From contig CAZVZC010000018.1 in assembly GCA_964631415.1 (NCBI GenBank), forward strand, positions 1 through 36,533: 36,533 bases of DNA, read 5' to 3'. This DNA comes from an uncultured archaeon (lineage in GTDB: Archaea; Asgardarchaeota; Thorarchaeia; Thorarchaeales; Thorarchaeaceae). The notes below the pieces were generated by a model that was given only the letters and a program-made list of their open reading frames with translations, was not told the DNA's origin and ran no database searches. Positions 17,701 to 25,336 of this stretch are shown here, piece after piece. A program made the position numbers and the translations under genes. Position 1 is the first letter of the stretch. Every line of letters begins with the position of its first letter.

Positions 17701-20667
17701 TTTGGGCAGTATGAAGAGCTTGGCGGATCCGCGTCCTCAAGAGCAGATCTCTGGCTGTACTTCCCAGACGACGATCCCGAACTAGAGGACCTAGAGTTTG
17801 CTATATCACAGGACCAGCAGACGTTCGTCGACATATCCGCTACGAGTATCACCAAGAGCTACATCTTCATCATGTCCTACGGCCTTGTGCGCTTGATAGG
17901 CATCAATGTCGACCAGGTACTGCGGCAGAATGGATGGGAGAACTACCGATACCTGAAGATAGGTGTCAAGAACGGTGCCTCATACAACATTGACTCCGCA
18001 TATGGGACTCTATCTAGACCTATTGATAACGCCCTAGTTGTGACCACAGGCCAAATTGATCACACTGACGAAGGTGACACCACCGAGTACATCATCATGG
18101 GGACAGTGGACGGAGCAATCTCGGCGTATACATCCAGCGGTGCTGCGATATGGCAGAGCACGGAAGAGTCACCCCGTTTCGACCTGAACGTCAGCATTCG
18201 TGACATAGTTGAATTGGATCGTCGCGGCAGAATGCCGACTTGGCATTACACTGGCAATCTTGTCACCGGCTCATACCTTGGGACCTTGGGATTGGGTACA
18301 TTCTCGAGGATAGAGGGCTACACTATGGGTGACATAGATGACGATGGCGACCTTGACATGATGCTCTCGATGAATGTCGGGACCTATTCTGCCTTGGTCT
18401 ATCTATCAAACACCGGTACCAACTCAAATCCGAACTACGTGTACCACACAGACTACTTCGAAGACCACACATCTCTGGGCGGGAACACCATCTTCGGATT
18501 CTCAGTGCCGTACCTAGCAGACCTTGACTCAGACGGGGACTTGGACCTCATCATCAGTGAGTTTGAAACCGACATCGAGGGTGTCGTCCATCTCTGGTAC
18601 CTAAGATACTTTGAGAGGACCGCGGCTGACTACTTCACGGAGGTATCCTCCGTGTTCACCACCCCGAACACAGTCATTCAGTCCGAGGCTATTCTCGCCT
18701 ATCCGTCTTTCAAGGACATGGACGGTGACGGAGACTTGGACCTTACGCTGGGTTGCGATTCTCTCTACTACTTCAAGCGTTCAGGAACAGGGTCGTCTTT
18801 CTTCTGGACTGAGGATGACGAGTTCTATGACGCAATCAACAAGACCATGAGACCGACCGAGGTCGTGGGTAGAGTGGCGTTCTGTGATTTCGATCGTGAT
18901 GGAGACTGGGACCTGACGATTGCGCACGCATATGAGAACTACACCCACGATGGCCTCAAACCCGCCACCAGTAGGCTGACATACTGGGAGAACACGGGAT
19001 ACCTGACTAGACCGGAGTGGGTAAAGCGCAGGCCTTTCTATGACCCTGACTTCCGTGGATCAGCATTGACTGAGGACCGCGGTTACTGTGAGCCATACGT
19101 GTACGACATGAGTGGTGACGGGGTGCTTGATCTAATGGCGATGCAGAATTCCAGCATCGACTGTTACTACGGATCACTTAAGCATAACAGCTACGTGCTC
19201 GCAACGTATCCTCTTGTCCACATGATAGAGATAGACCAGAGGTCGGAATCTGACTACTACTACGGTTACAGTGCGTACGACTCGTGGGATAACCATCCCG
19301 CATTGGACAACTGGACCTGTTCCATAGCGTATGACGACACCGATGACGATGGCAAAGGAGATGTTGTGGTCGGGTCGTTTGACAACAACATCTACACCTT
19401 CGAATGGTGTGCGAACAACACGTATCGTAGGGCCTGGAGATCGAGCGATCTTACACACGGTGTCTTGGAGTATCTCAGCTACCACACAGCATGGGATGAT
19501 GTCAGAGACATCACAATCGAAGACACTGACAATGACAACAAGAAGGAGATTGTTGCTGTATCTGGCTACAGTGTCTTCGTTTTCGAGAATGTAGTAAACG
19601 ATGTCTATCAGCTAGTGTGGGGCAGCGGTGATACCATTCCCGCAATGATGGGAGTCGACTACCCGGTAGTATCGACTGTCACAGTCGACAAGGACCTTGA
19701 TGGAGACGATCGGCCCGATATCATCGTGACCTCGCAGGCCTGGGTGTTCGTCTACGAGTGGATTGGCGATGATCAGTACTCGCTCGTGTACAGCGACATG
19801 GTCGCTCTCACAGGCAAGATATACGATATCCTCACTGCTGACACGGACGGGGATGGCTTCAGAGAGATCATCTTAGGAGGTGCCAGCGAGTGGTATGATG
19901 TATGTGGGCTGGCAAAAGACAGGGAAGGCTGGGTGATTGTCTACGAGAACATGAAGGACGATGACCGCCATGTCGACAATGGCTATGAGTATGAAACGTT
20001 CGTAGGCAGCTACGGATTGTACGGTGTGTATTCCTTGGCTGTCGCTGACAACGACCAAGACGGCTGGCCTGAGCTCTTTGTCGGCTATGAACAAACTAGC
20101 ACTCTGGATTCGGGGATAGACATCTGGGAGGCGAATGGCGAGAACAGCTACATCATGTGGAGACGCTACTCCACGCCAAAAGCTGTCACTTCGATGCTTA
20201 TCGCAAACACTGATGGTGATAGCTGGATGGAGATAATCGCTGGTAGTGGAAAGAGGGTGATGGTGCTGGAGCAGAACTGGACGTACACCGGAGGTGACAT
20301 GAGTCTGAAGTACTACACATATGTATGGAACAGCTCCTCCTTGGCAGAGAACATCACAGATCTGGCCATAGGCGACAGCAATGGCAACGGGCGTCTCGAG
20401 ATATTCGTGTCTGCCGCCAAGGGCAATGTCTATGGATTCGAGTGGGTACAGAACGCTACTTCAACACAGAATCCTGCCGTGGCTCTGGCAGCAAGTGAAT
20501 CTGAATGGTCTGATGCCGCGAGCAGATGCAGCGGAAACCCGATATGCTGCACTGACGCTTCGCCAACGAAAGCAGGCAACTCGCTTTCCTCCGGAAACGT
20601 AGACATTAGCACAAGATCCGCGAAGACACACACCGGATGTGTATTGGATAGGAGGTTAGAGAAATGA
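14719..20667 (+). CDS. 1982-aa secreted beta-propeller protein with FG-GAP/VCBS-like repeats and 12 NHL repeats
   Basis: N-terminal hydrophobic signal. DxDxDG.xE/D repeats (DADNNGLLE, DVDHDNQGE, DIDDDGDLD, DLDSDGDLD, DTDGDGFRE). NHL consensus WG..G...GQF..P.GIA.D..G.VYV.D..N.RIQ.F. ATGA overlap with the upstream gene. Confidence 0.9.
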   Translation: MSDARRTLIAASIILMMALIVVPTSPPGFLPTLLPDENVSPDQQRDSPNLMLDGEFNLTNDYQLIWEPNNIQGSSHAVATSPNKNLIAVAGGYLSDSEVHVYRWDNASKDYIHVWDAGNDLIRSDVQDVAIADADNNGLLEVYAASADGRIYVFEARGFEEGFVYLDNANNVFELVWDSQLAIRRQVWSVKVEDVDHDNQGEIVAGCWDNRVHVFDYVDHSNYPYCPSHSMSFIHVWDSGNQIGGRVYDVAVGDTDCDGRTDILAASYDCRVYVFEEIPCFKHTYQKKWDSGDAMSKPVISMAVSNNLDEDQYGEIVASAYGDGVYVFEYNSTSASYDVLRINRQLESWEEGTVYTAGVWTGYEADPYVDKKVYGWEEQGVYELDPRPYPWKTIAIGGNSCLGGPRDLNCTTFQLPEVYSYLSTWGANGSLAGQFYLPDDIAFDSYSNAYVLDTSNSRVQKLTGAGQFVDAWGELGSGVGQFKWPQGICVDAQSYVYVSDTWNHRIVKLNPDGVWLASWGNEGTGLGQFEYPMGIAADSSGRLYVCDSLNMRIQVLDTESGAVVNSWGANGSGPGQFYYPLAIAVSELGIYVADTYNNRVQMFTSEGDFVLQWGKLGEDAGDFGYPDGIACDLEGNVYVSDTGYDHIEKFTASGRLITNFGSTGTGFGELTGPRGLEVAPNGAVYVVDSSNSRVEGFAIQKYSLDKTIGSLGTKVGQFYFPSDAAIDDQGYIFVSDSSNNRIQKLAGDGTCITLWGELGAGEGQFNFTSGIAVGNGNSVYVVDRNNNRIQRFDSEGNFLRAWGVKGSGDGELLSPTDIDIGPDGTLYVTDTGNDRISLFTSEGDFIRTFGSHGDQPNQVDTPYGIAVNEQGTIFVTERGNNRIHLFDSEGTSVAYWTGEFSEPLRIEHDGYGNLYLTVIKGTAIALMKFTMEGMPLGSLPTTISNYRTSVDLQMPLGITFDRAGDLLIVDTWAGVVVRTYTDFVLNSVAEAIVDFGQYEELGGSASSRADLWLYFPDDDPELEDLEFAISQDQQTFVDISATSITKSYIFIMSYGLVRLIGINVDQVLRQNGWENYRYLKIGVKNGASYNIDSAYGTLSRPIDNALVVTTGQIDHTDEGDTTEYIIMGTVDGAISAYTSSGAAIWQSTEESPRFDLNVSIRDIVELDRRGRMPTWHYTGNLVTGSYLGTLGLGTFSRIEGYTMGDIDDDGDLDMMLSMNVGTYSALVYLSNTGTNSNPNYVYHTDYFEDHTSLGGNTIFGFSVPYLADLDSDGDLDLIISEFETDIEGVVHLWYLRYFERTAADYFTEVSSVFTTPNTVIQSEAILAYPSFKDMDGDGDLDLTLGCDSLYYFKRSGTGSSFFWTEDDEFYDAINKTMRPTEVVGRVAFCDFDRDGDWDLTIAHAYENYTHDGLKPATSRLTYWENTGYLTRPEWVKRRPFYDPDFRGSALTEDRGYCEPYVYDMSGDGVLDLMAMQNSSIDCYYGSLKHNSYVLATYPLVHMIEIDQRSESDYYYGYSAYDSWDNHPALDNWTCSIAYDDTDDDGKGDVVVGSFDNNIYTFEWCANNTYRRAWRSSDLTHGVLEYLSYHTAWDDVRDITIEDTDNDNKKEIVAVSGYSVFVFENVVNDVYQLVWGSGDTIPAMMGVDYPVVSTVTVDKDLDGDDRPDIIVTSQAWVFVYEWIGDDQYSLVYSDMVALTGKIYDILTADTDGDGFREIILGGASEWYDVCGLAKDREGWVIVYENMKDDDRHVDNGYEYETFVGSYGLYGVYSLAVADNDQDGWPELFVGYEQTSTLDSGIDIWEANGENSYIMWRRYSTPKAVTSMLIANTDGDSWMEIIAGSGKRVMVLEQNWTYTGGDMSLKYYTYVWNSSSLAENITDLAIGDSNGNGRLEIFVSAAKGNVYGFEWVQNATSTQNPAVALAASESEWSDAASRCSGNPICCTDASPTKAGNSLSSGNVDISTRSAKTHTGCVLDRRLEK
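15973..17655 (+). repeat. Twelve NHL repeats (two 6-bladed propellers)
   Basis: Twelve ~45-47-aa units counted; the last two are divergent. Confidence 0.85.
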
Positions 20668-22460
20668 AGAATACAGCGACACGTTCCCTAGCATTAGCAG
20701 TCTTGATTGGGGTCCTTTCCCTTGCTATGCTTTCTCCAATAGCACCCATGGAAGTTGCGCAGACTAATGCTTCTGTATTGAGTCCTCGCCTAACTCGTAT
20801 GATAGACAAGTGGCCCCTGAATCTTGACGAGTCTACTTCAAACATGGCAAGCGTTCTGGCATCAATTGATGAGCCTCCATCCATATCCTCTTTCGTGCAT
20901 CCTAACTGGGAGTATAGGGACTGTTTCAACTTCACCAATAGCGAATACACCTTCGGGCCCGAAGTGATGACAGAGGAGGAAGTTGAGGAGAACCTTAGGA
21001 ACTACATCTTCCAGCTTCTATATGGAGACATAGAAGCAGCCTGTCGTGTCAGCATTCTGGACATCATGTTGTTTCGGGTTTTTGATTCTCTGATAGTGGA
21101 TTGGATAGGCATAGACTTCATGGGCTTCTGCAATGGCATGTCGATGGCCTCGAGAGACTACTTCATGGACTCGTCGAAAATCCCTCTCGGCAAACACTAC
21201 GCTTACGATCTGCCCTCACCTGACCCTAACTCTACGATTGCCGAGCAGACTCAAGGCGACGTCACAGAGTCCGCAATCAAGGAGTACGTGCTTTGGAAGG
21301 GGTCTGCAGCGTTCTTCAATCCGAATCACCTGCTGAACTGGGTCAAACTGTACCTAGGTCTCTCTCTACAGTCAGGCGGGACGAACAATGCACTGGAGTT
21401 CCAGAAGCTAACGCAACTCATGATGAAAGGCTCACCACAGTATCAGCCTGTAGTGATACTCATGACGGCCGCCGTCTGGGAGAACTCGGACCCCGGGAAG
21501 AGCCACTTCGTAGTCGCCTATGACTATGAAACCAACTCGAACGGAACGAAGACAATATACATCTATGACAACCGTATTCACTTCAACTCGAGCTGTTTCT
21601 GGCACGAGGACTGGATCTTATTGGGTAGTGACGGGACCTTCTCAGGTACTCACCTCTCTCCTGAGAAGGCGGATGTATGGAGGCGGATGTGTGTGTACCC
21701 TGCGTCATGCGAGTACAATAGCATACTTACGACATTGGCGGCTTTGCTACCGAATGCTCTTCAGTTCCTCGCTTTCTGCCCCGTAGACCTGATAATCACA
21801 GACCCACTCGGAAGGAAGGTTGGCCCCGGACCCGACGGCCAACTAAGGGCTGAGTTCCCTGCCATCTATGTGGAGGATGGAGACCAGGATATTGTGTTCA
21901 TGCCCTATGCTCCTGGTCTGCCGTACACTCTGAATGTGACCGGAACAGGTCAAGGTAACTACACGCTGGAGATCAACAGAGTCGTGGACGGGCAGATTGT
22001 AACTCAGTCGTTGAATGGACAGACTGAGGAAGGCAAATCGGATGTCTTCTCTGTTGCCGCAGCCGGGGGAAGTCTGAACTTCGCAAGACAAGGGGTAGTC
22101 CTGAGCGTGCCAACGATTACGTCTGCATCATCTGTCAACCTTCAGTGGAGCCGCTATGATGGTCTTGACTTCAACAGGTACGAAGTTCTACAGTCGACAT
22201 CTCTAGGAGAACTAGGACAGGTCGTGGCGACAGTTGGCAACCAGGACACTACATCGTGCAGTGTTTCGAATCTCCAACCCGGGGCAACGTACTTCTTCAC
22301 AGTAAGAGTTGACAGTTCAGACTATGGGGCTCTTGGCTCGAACCAAGTAGGTGCGGCAATGCCAGAGTCAGCATTTCCTTGGACGTGGGTTGCAGTCGGA
22401 ACAGTGGGTGCTGCAGCAGTCATAGTCGTGCTTGCTCTGAGCTGTAAGAGCAGGAAGTAG
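20664..22460 (+). CDS. Membrane-anchored papain-like (Cys-His-Asp) peptidase/transglutaminase-like protein with Ig-like and fibronectin type III domains
   Basis: Signal peptide; GFCNGMS (C156); KSHFVVAY (H281); IYIYDN (D302); CPVDLIITDPLGRKVG Ig-like module; FN3 (VNLQWS...YEV...VSNLQPGATYFFTVRV); C-terminal TM followed by KSRK. ATGA overlap with the upstream gene. Confidence 0.75.
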   Translation: MKNTATRSLALAVLIGVLSLAMLSPIAPMEVAQTNASVLSPRLTRMIDKWPLNLDESTSNMASVLASIDEPPSISSFVHPNWEYRDCFNFTNSEYTFGPEVMTEEEVEENLRNYIFQLLYGDIEAACRVSILDIMLFRVFDSLIVDWIGIDFMGFCNGMSMASRDYFMDSSKIPLGKHYAYDLPSPDPNSTIAEQTQGDVTESAIKEYVLWKGSAAFFNPNHLLNWVKLYLGLSLQSGGTNNALEFQKLTQLMMKGSPQYQPVVILMTAAVWENSDPGKSHFVVAYDYETNSNGTKTIYIYDNRIHFNSSCFWHEDWILLGSDGTFSGTHLSPEKADVWRRMCVYPASCEYNSILTTLAALLPNALQFLAFCPVDLIITDPLGRKVGPGPDGQLRAEFPAIYVEDGDQDIVFMPYAPGLPYTLNVTGTGQGNYTLEINRVVDGQIVTQSLNGQTEEGKSDVFSVAAAGGSLNFARQGVVLSVPTITSASSVNLQWSRYDGLDFNRYEVLQSTSLGELGQVVATVGNQDTTSCSVSNLQPGATYFFTVRVDSSDYGALGSNQVGAAMPESAFPWTWVAVGTVGAAAVIVVLALSCKSRK

Positions 22461-22644
22461 TCGCTTAGCCAAGTCTGGACACATCTGCTGAACATGATCC
22501 TGCTCTGCGTCTGGGCAGTTGTATCGATGTGTCGCTGGACGGCAGAGAGCGCCGGGGGTGGATTTCGGGTTAGTGGACAAGTGTGTTCGAATGTGAGGCC
22601 ATACTTGGACCGATGAATAGCTCAATCCATCGGTCAGTACCGAG

Positions 22645-24237
22645 CTAACTCCATGTCACAGTGTAGACGGCCATGTTACTGGTCCCGCATACGACATTCG
22701 GTTCTATATGAGCCGAAACAACCTTGTGGACACTGCCTCCAATATGAGAGATCTCGTCCCACAAGTACACAAACCACTCTTCGTAGAACATTATGTAGTC
22801 ACAATGGATGTCCTTGAGGAACTGGGCCTGCTCCGGCACGGTCGTGTGGTTATGCAGTACTTCAGGGGTGACTAGCCCATAGACATCGATGACTGTGCAT
22901 CTGCTGAAGTAACCGAGTGCGCCCACATCGTATGTGGCAATCACTGCGTCCTCAGGCACATTGTCTCTTACCCATTCTGACAACGTGACCTGCATCTGAT
23001 TGATGTTCATGATCTGATTGGCATGAATGTCTACGTGAAGTATGTACGAGCTTAGCGATGGAGTGAAGAGTAGTAGAACCACCATACTGGCCACGAAAGC
23101 CCTATCTGTCGTCGTGAACCCGGGGAGCTTCACTCTGTTCAGTAGTTTCTCGAACGCTACGAATCCGCCAGCGACGAAAGAGATGGCAAGAAGGTCGAAG
23201 AGCGGCACCAGGTATCTAGCAGCGAACAGCAATGACATGCCTGGCATTGTCAGTCTGTAAAGGACGAACAGAGAGGTACTCATCACCAATTCGAAGGGTC
23301 GACGCTTGAGGAGGAGCGCCATGCCACCAACGAAGCCCAGCGCCAAGTAGGGTTCAGTAGGGAACCATACCTTATACCAGAAGAAGTCCCAGTAGCTGAT
23401 GTCGGTTTGGGTAACCCCCCATCTCAGCTTGGAATAGTAGGAATCGGGCAGCGGCAGTCCCGTAGTGTTGAGACAGTGCAGAACCCACGGGGCTACCACA
23501 AGAGCCGCGATCGCAAACATCCCTCCTATTGAGATCAGTCTTCTTATGGCCAACCTGTCCTTGGCAAGCAGCCAGATGGCACGAAGAGGCAGACAGACTG
23601 CAGCTATCAGCACGAATTCCGGACGGCACAGGTAGGAGAAACCTGCGACTAGGCCCAGGAGTAGATCGTATTTGGTGTCCTTCCTCGGCAGCAGTATGAG
23701 CGTCAGAAGGAGCATCATCATTGCTAGTGGAGTTTCCATTCCTGAGAGCATCAAGCCTGCGTTTCGCGGCACAAGAACGAAGACGGCTTGTGCCAGAATC
23801 CCGACCTGCCATCGGCCTGTGTGTTCCTTGACTAGATATCCGACCAAGGATGTGTCAACAGCATACAAGAACACGCTGATCAGTAGTACCGAAGCAACAA
23901 CCGTGTCCCGAGCATAGCCAAGAACAAAGATGGGCGCTAGGAGGACTGACCAAAGGGGTGCTGAGCTTCCGGTGCTGGGAATACCCTGAGCATACTCCCA
24001 GGGGTGACCGTCGAATATCGTGCGAGCGTACTGCAGGTGTATCCATGCATCGTCAAAGGGAAAGCCGAACACACCCCAGACAGCGGCCACTGCCAAGATG
24101 TGGGCAACAGACAGGAGGGTGATGACTGCTCCAGTGACGAACATGGAAGGCCAACCATTGCGTGCCAGCAAACGTTCAGCTGCCTGCTTGAACACCATGG
24201 ATGCTTTCTGCACTTCAGTAGATGATGATTCGGACAC
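22645..24237 (-). CDS. Polytopic membrane glycosyltransferase (GT-C superfamily)
   Basis: FDDAWIHLQYAR after TM1, then STGSSAPLW, SGMET and RPE, many TM helices and a C-terminal extracellular domain (DVGALGYF...IDVYGL). The ORF is open to 24306; GTG 24237 follows a GGAGG SD. Confidence 0.8.
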   Translation of the reverse strand: MSESSSTEVQKASMVFKQAAERLLARNGWPSMFVTGAVITLLSVAHILAVAAVWGVFGFPFDDAWIHLQYARTIFDGHPWEYAQGIPSTGSSAPLWSVLLAPIFVLGYARDTVVASVLLISVFLYAVDTSLVGYLVKEHTGRWQVGILAQAVFVLVPRNAGLMLSGMETPLAMMMLLLTLILLPRKDTKYDLLLGLVAGFSYLCRPEFVLIAAVCLPLRAIWLLAKDRLAIRRLISIGGMFAIAALVVAPWVLHCLNTTGLPLPDSYYSKLRWGVTQTDISYWDFFWYKVWFPTEPYLALGFVGGMALLLKRRPFELVMSTSLFVLYRLTMPGMSLLFAARYLVPLFDLLAISFVAGGFVAFEKLLNRVKLPGFTTTDRAFVASMVVLLLFTPSLSSYILHVDIHANQIMNINQMQVTLSEWVRDNVPEDAVIATYDVGALGYFSRCTVIDVYGLVTPEVLHNHTTVPEQAQFLKDIHCDYIMFYEEWFVYLWDEISHIGGSVHKVVSAHIEPNVVCGTSNMAVYTVTWS

Positions 24238-24451
24238 GATGACAGTGTCCTCCCTGCTGCTTCTATGAACTCTGGATGCGGTGCCCAACTGACTTCTAAG
24301 CAACATGGCGCCCCGATAAATGTGTCCTTCTGCGGTTGGGTTATTAGCCTGTTAATGGGGCGTTCCAGTCATCTTCGTGAGTCGACAGCAAGATTCATTC
24401 ACTGCGGCGTCACACACAAGAACATCTTGAGCGGCAGTGGCGGCGGGCCAT

Positions 24452-24895
24452 ATGGAGGAAAACCAACTTCGGCGCAAGGTCAGACGTGTGTTGAGTTCTC
24501 AGCTCTTTGCTGTCTTGGCCACCTCGAAGGATGACGACCCTTACTGTTGCTTGGTGAGCTACGCAGTGACTGATGACCTGAAGGGCCTTGTCTTCGCTAC
24601 AATGCGCAACAGAACGAAGTATCGTAACATGGCGTCGAACCCGCGAGTGTCACTACTGGTTGACACCCGGAAGAATGTGCGCGAAGACATCAGGAGAGCA
24701 ACCACTGTGGCAGTCGTAGGCATTGCTGACGAAACAGTTGGCGAGGAAAAGCGCAGTTGTGCGAGTATTCTCCTAAGAAAGCACCCGGGCCTCAAGGAGT
24801 TCATCAACTCCAGTGACTGTGCAGTGATGAAAGTTCGAGTGGACAAGATGCTCGTTGTTTCGAACTTCGAGTCGGTCGCCGTCTTGGATTTATGA
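24452..24895 (+). CDS. Pyridoxamine 5'-phosphate oxidase-like FMN-binding split-barrel protein
   Basis: FAVLAT...PY..LVSYA...LVFAT...T.KYRNM..NPRVSLLVD pattern. ATG 24452 is preferred over GTG 24437. Confidence 0.88.
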   Translation: MEENQLRRKVRRVLSSQLFAVLATSKDDDPYCCLVSYAVTDDLKGLVFATMRNRTKYRNMASNPRVSLLVDTRKNVREDIRRATTVAVVGIADETVGEEKRSCASILLRKHPGLKEFINSSDCAVMKVRVDKMLVVSNFESVAVLDL

Positions 24896-24905
24896 GGGAT
24901 CTTTC

Positions 24906-25240
24906 ACAGCGAAGAGGCTGTCTTCCGAAGTTAGGCTCGACCCCATGTCACAAACGACATGGTCGTTGACCAGCATGCAGTCAATGACCGCGTAAGTTGG
25001 TGCTCACGCACTTGCTCCGCGACGAGCAGCAGGCTTTGCCCTTTGGACCATGCAAGACCTGCTGGGAAGCCGCTACTCCAGCAGTAGCAGCTCCCCACAC
25101 TGACCCGTCAGGCTCCTCCTTCCTGACCTTGAATGATCAGTGTTGCTTGCGTCACTCGAATTCCTTCGAGCGACATGTAGGTATCAGCTAGCCTAGAAAT
25201 GAACATCCTTGTGTTGCATGGCACACCAGGAATGCTTGAT
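24906..25240 (-). ncRNA. Candidate multi-hairpin structured RNA (unknown family)
   Basis: About 8 nearly abutting hairpins enclosed by a terminal 6-bp stem (24932-37 with 25190-95), plus flanking hairpins. Most stem mismatches are A-C on + (G-U on -). One loop is a GGAA tetraloop on the minus strand. Confidence 0.5.
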
Positions 25241-25336
25241 TGCCGCCGATGTCTTGGGCTGGTTTCCTGTCTGCCTACAATAGAATCATAAAGAGGCACT
25301 GCTCAATACGATGTCAGCGCAAAGCGAGGCTTCACA

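Noticed and set aside
14719-20667. Calling the FG-GAP protein a true integrin-alpha ortholog
   Set aside because: It has no thigh/calf domains, no C-terminal TM or GFFKR motif, and no integrin-beta/vWA partner. FG-GAP/VCBS repeats are common in prokaryotes.
22478-22533. Hairpin containing ATGA, a possible eukaryote-type SECIS
   Set aside because: There is no opposing GA for the core and no apical AA, and neighbouring genes have no in-frame UGA.
25105-25130. GGTCAGGAAGGAGGAGCC (minus strand) resembles SRP RNA helix 8
   Set aside because: It lacks the CC-GGAA-GG tetraloop stem and AGCA symmetric loop, and there is no long helix 5 or Alu domain.
25125-25185. Short resemblances to U1 snRNA (AUACCUACAUG, UGAUCAUUCAAGGU) and to c-di-GMP-I (GACGCAAGC)
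   Set aside because: The matches are short, imperfect and in the wrong structural context, which is consistent with chance.
24931-25299. Minus-strand ORF ending ...QEGGA-TGA could read through as a selenoprotein to the TAA at 24931
   Set aside because: The extended product has no recognisable redox motif or fold, I found no AUGA/GA SECIS core downstream, and the dense hairpins explain the region better.
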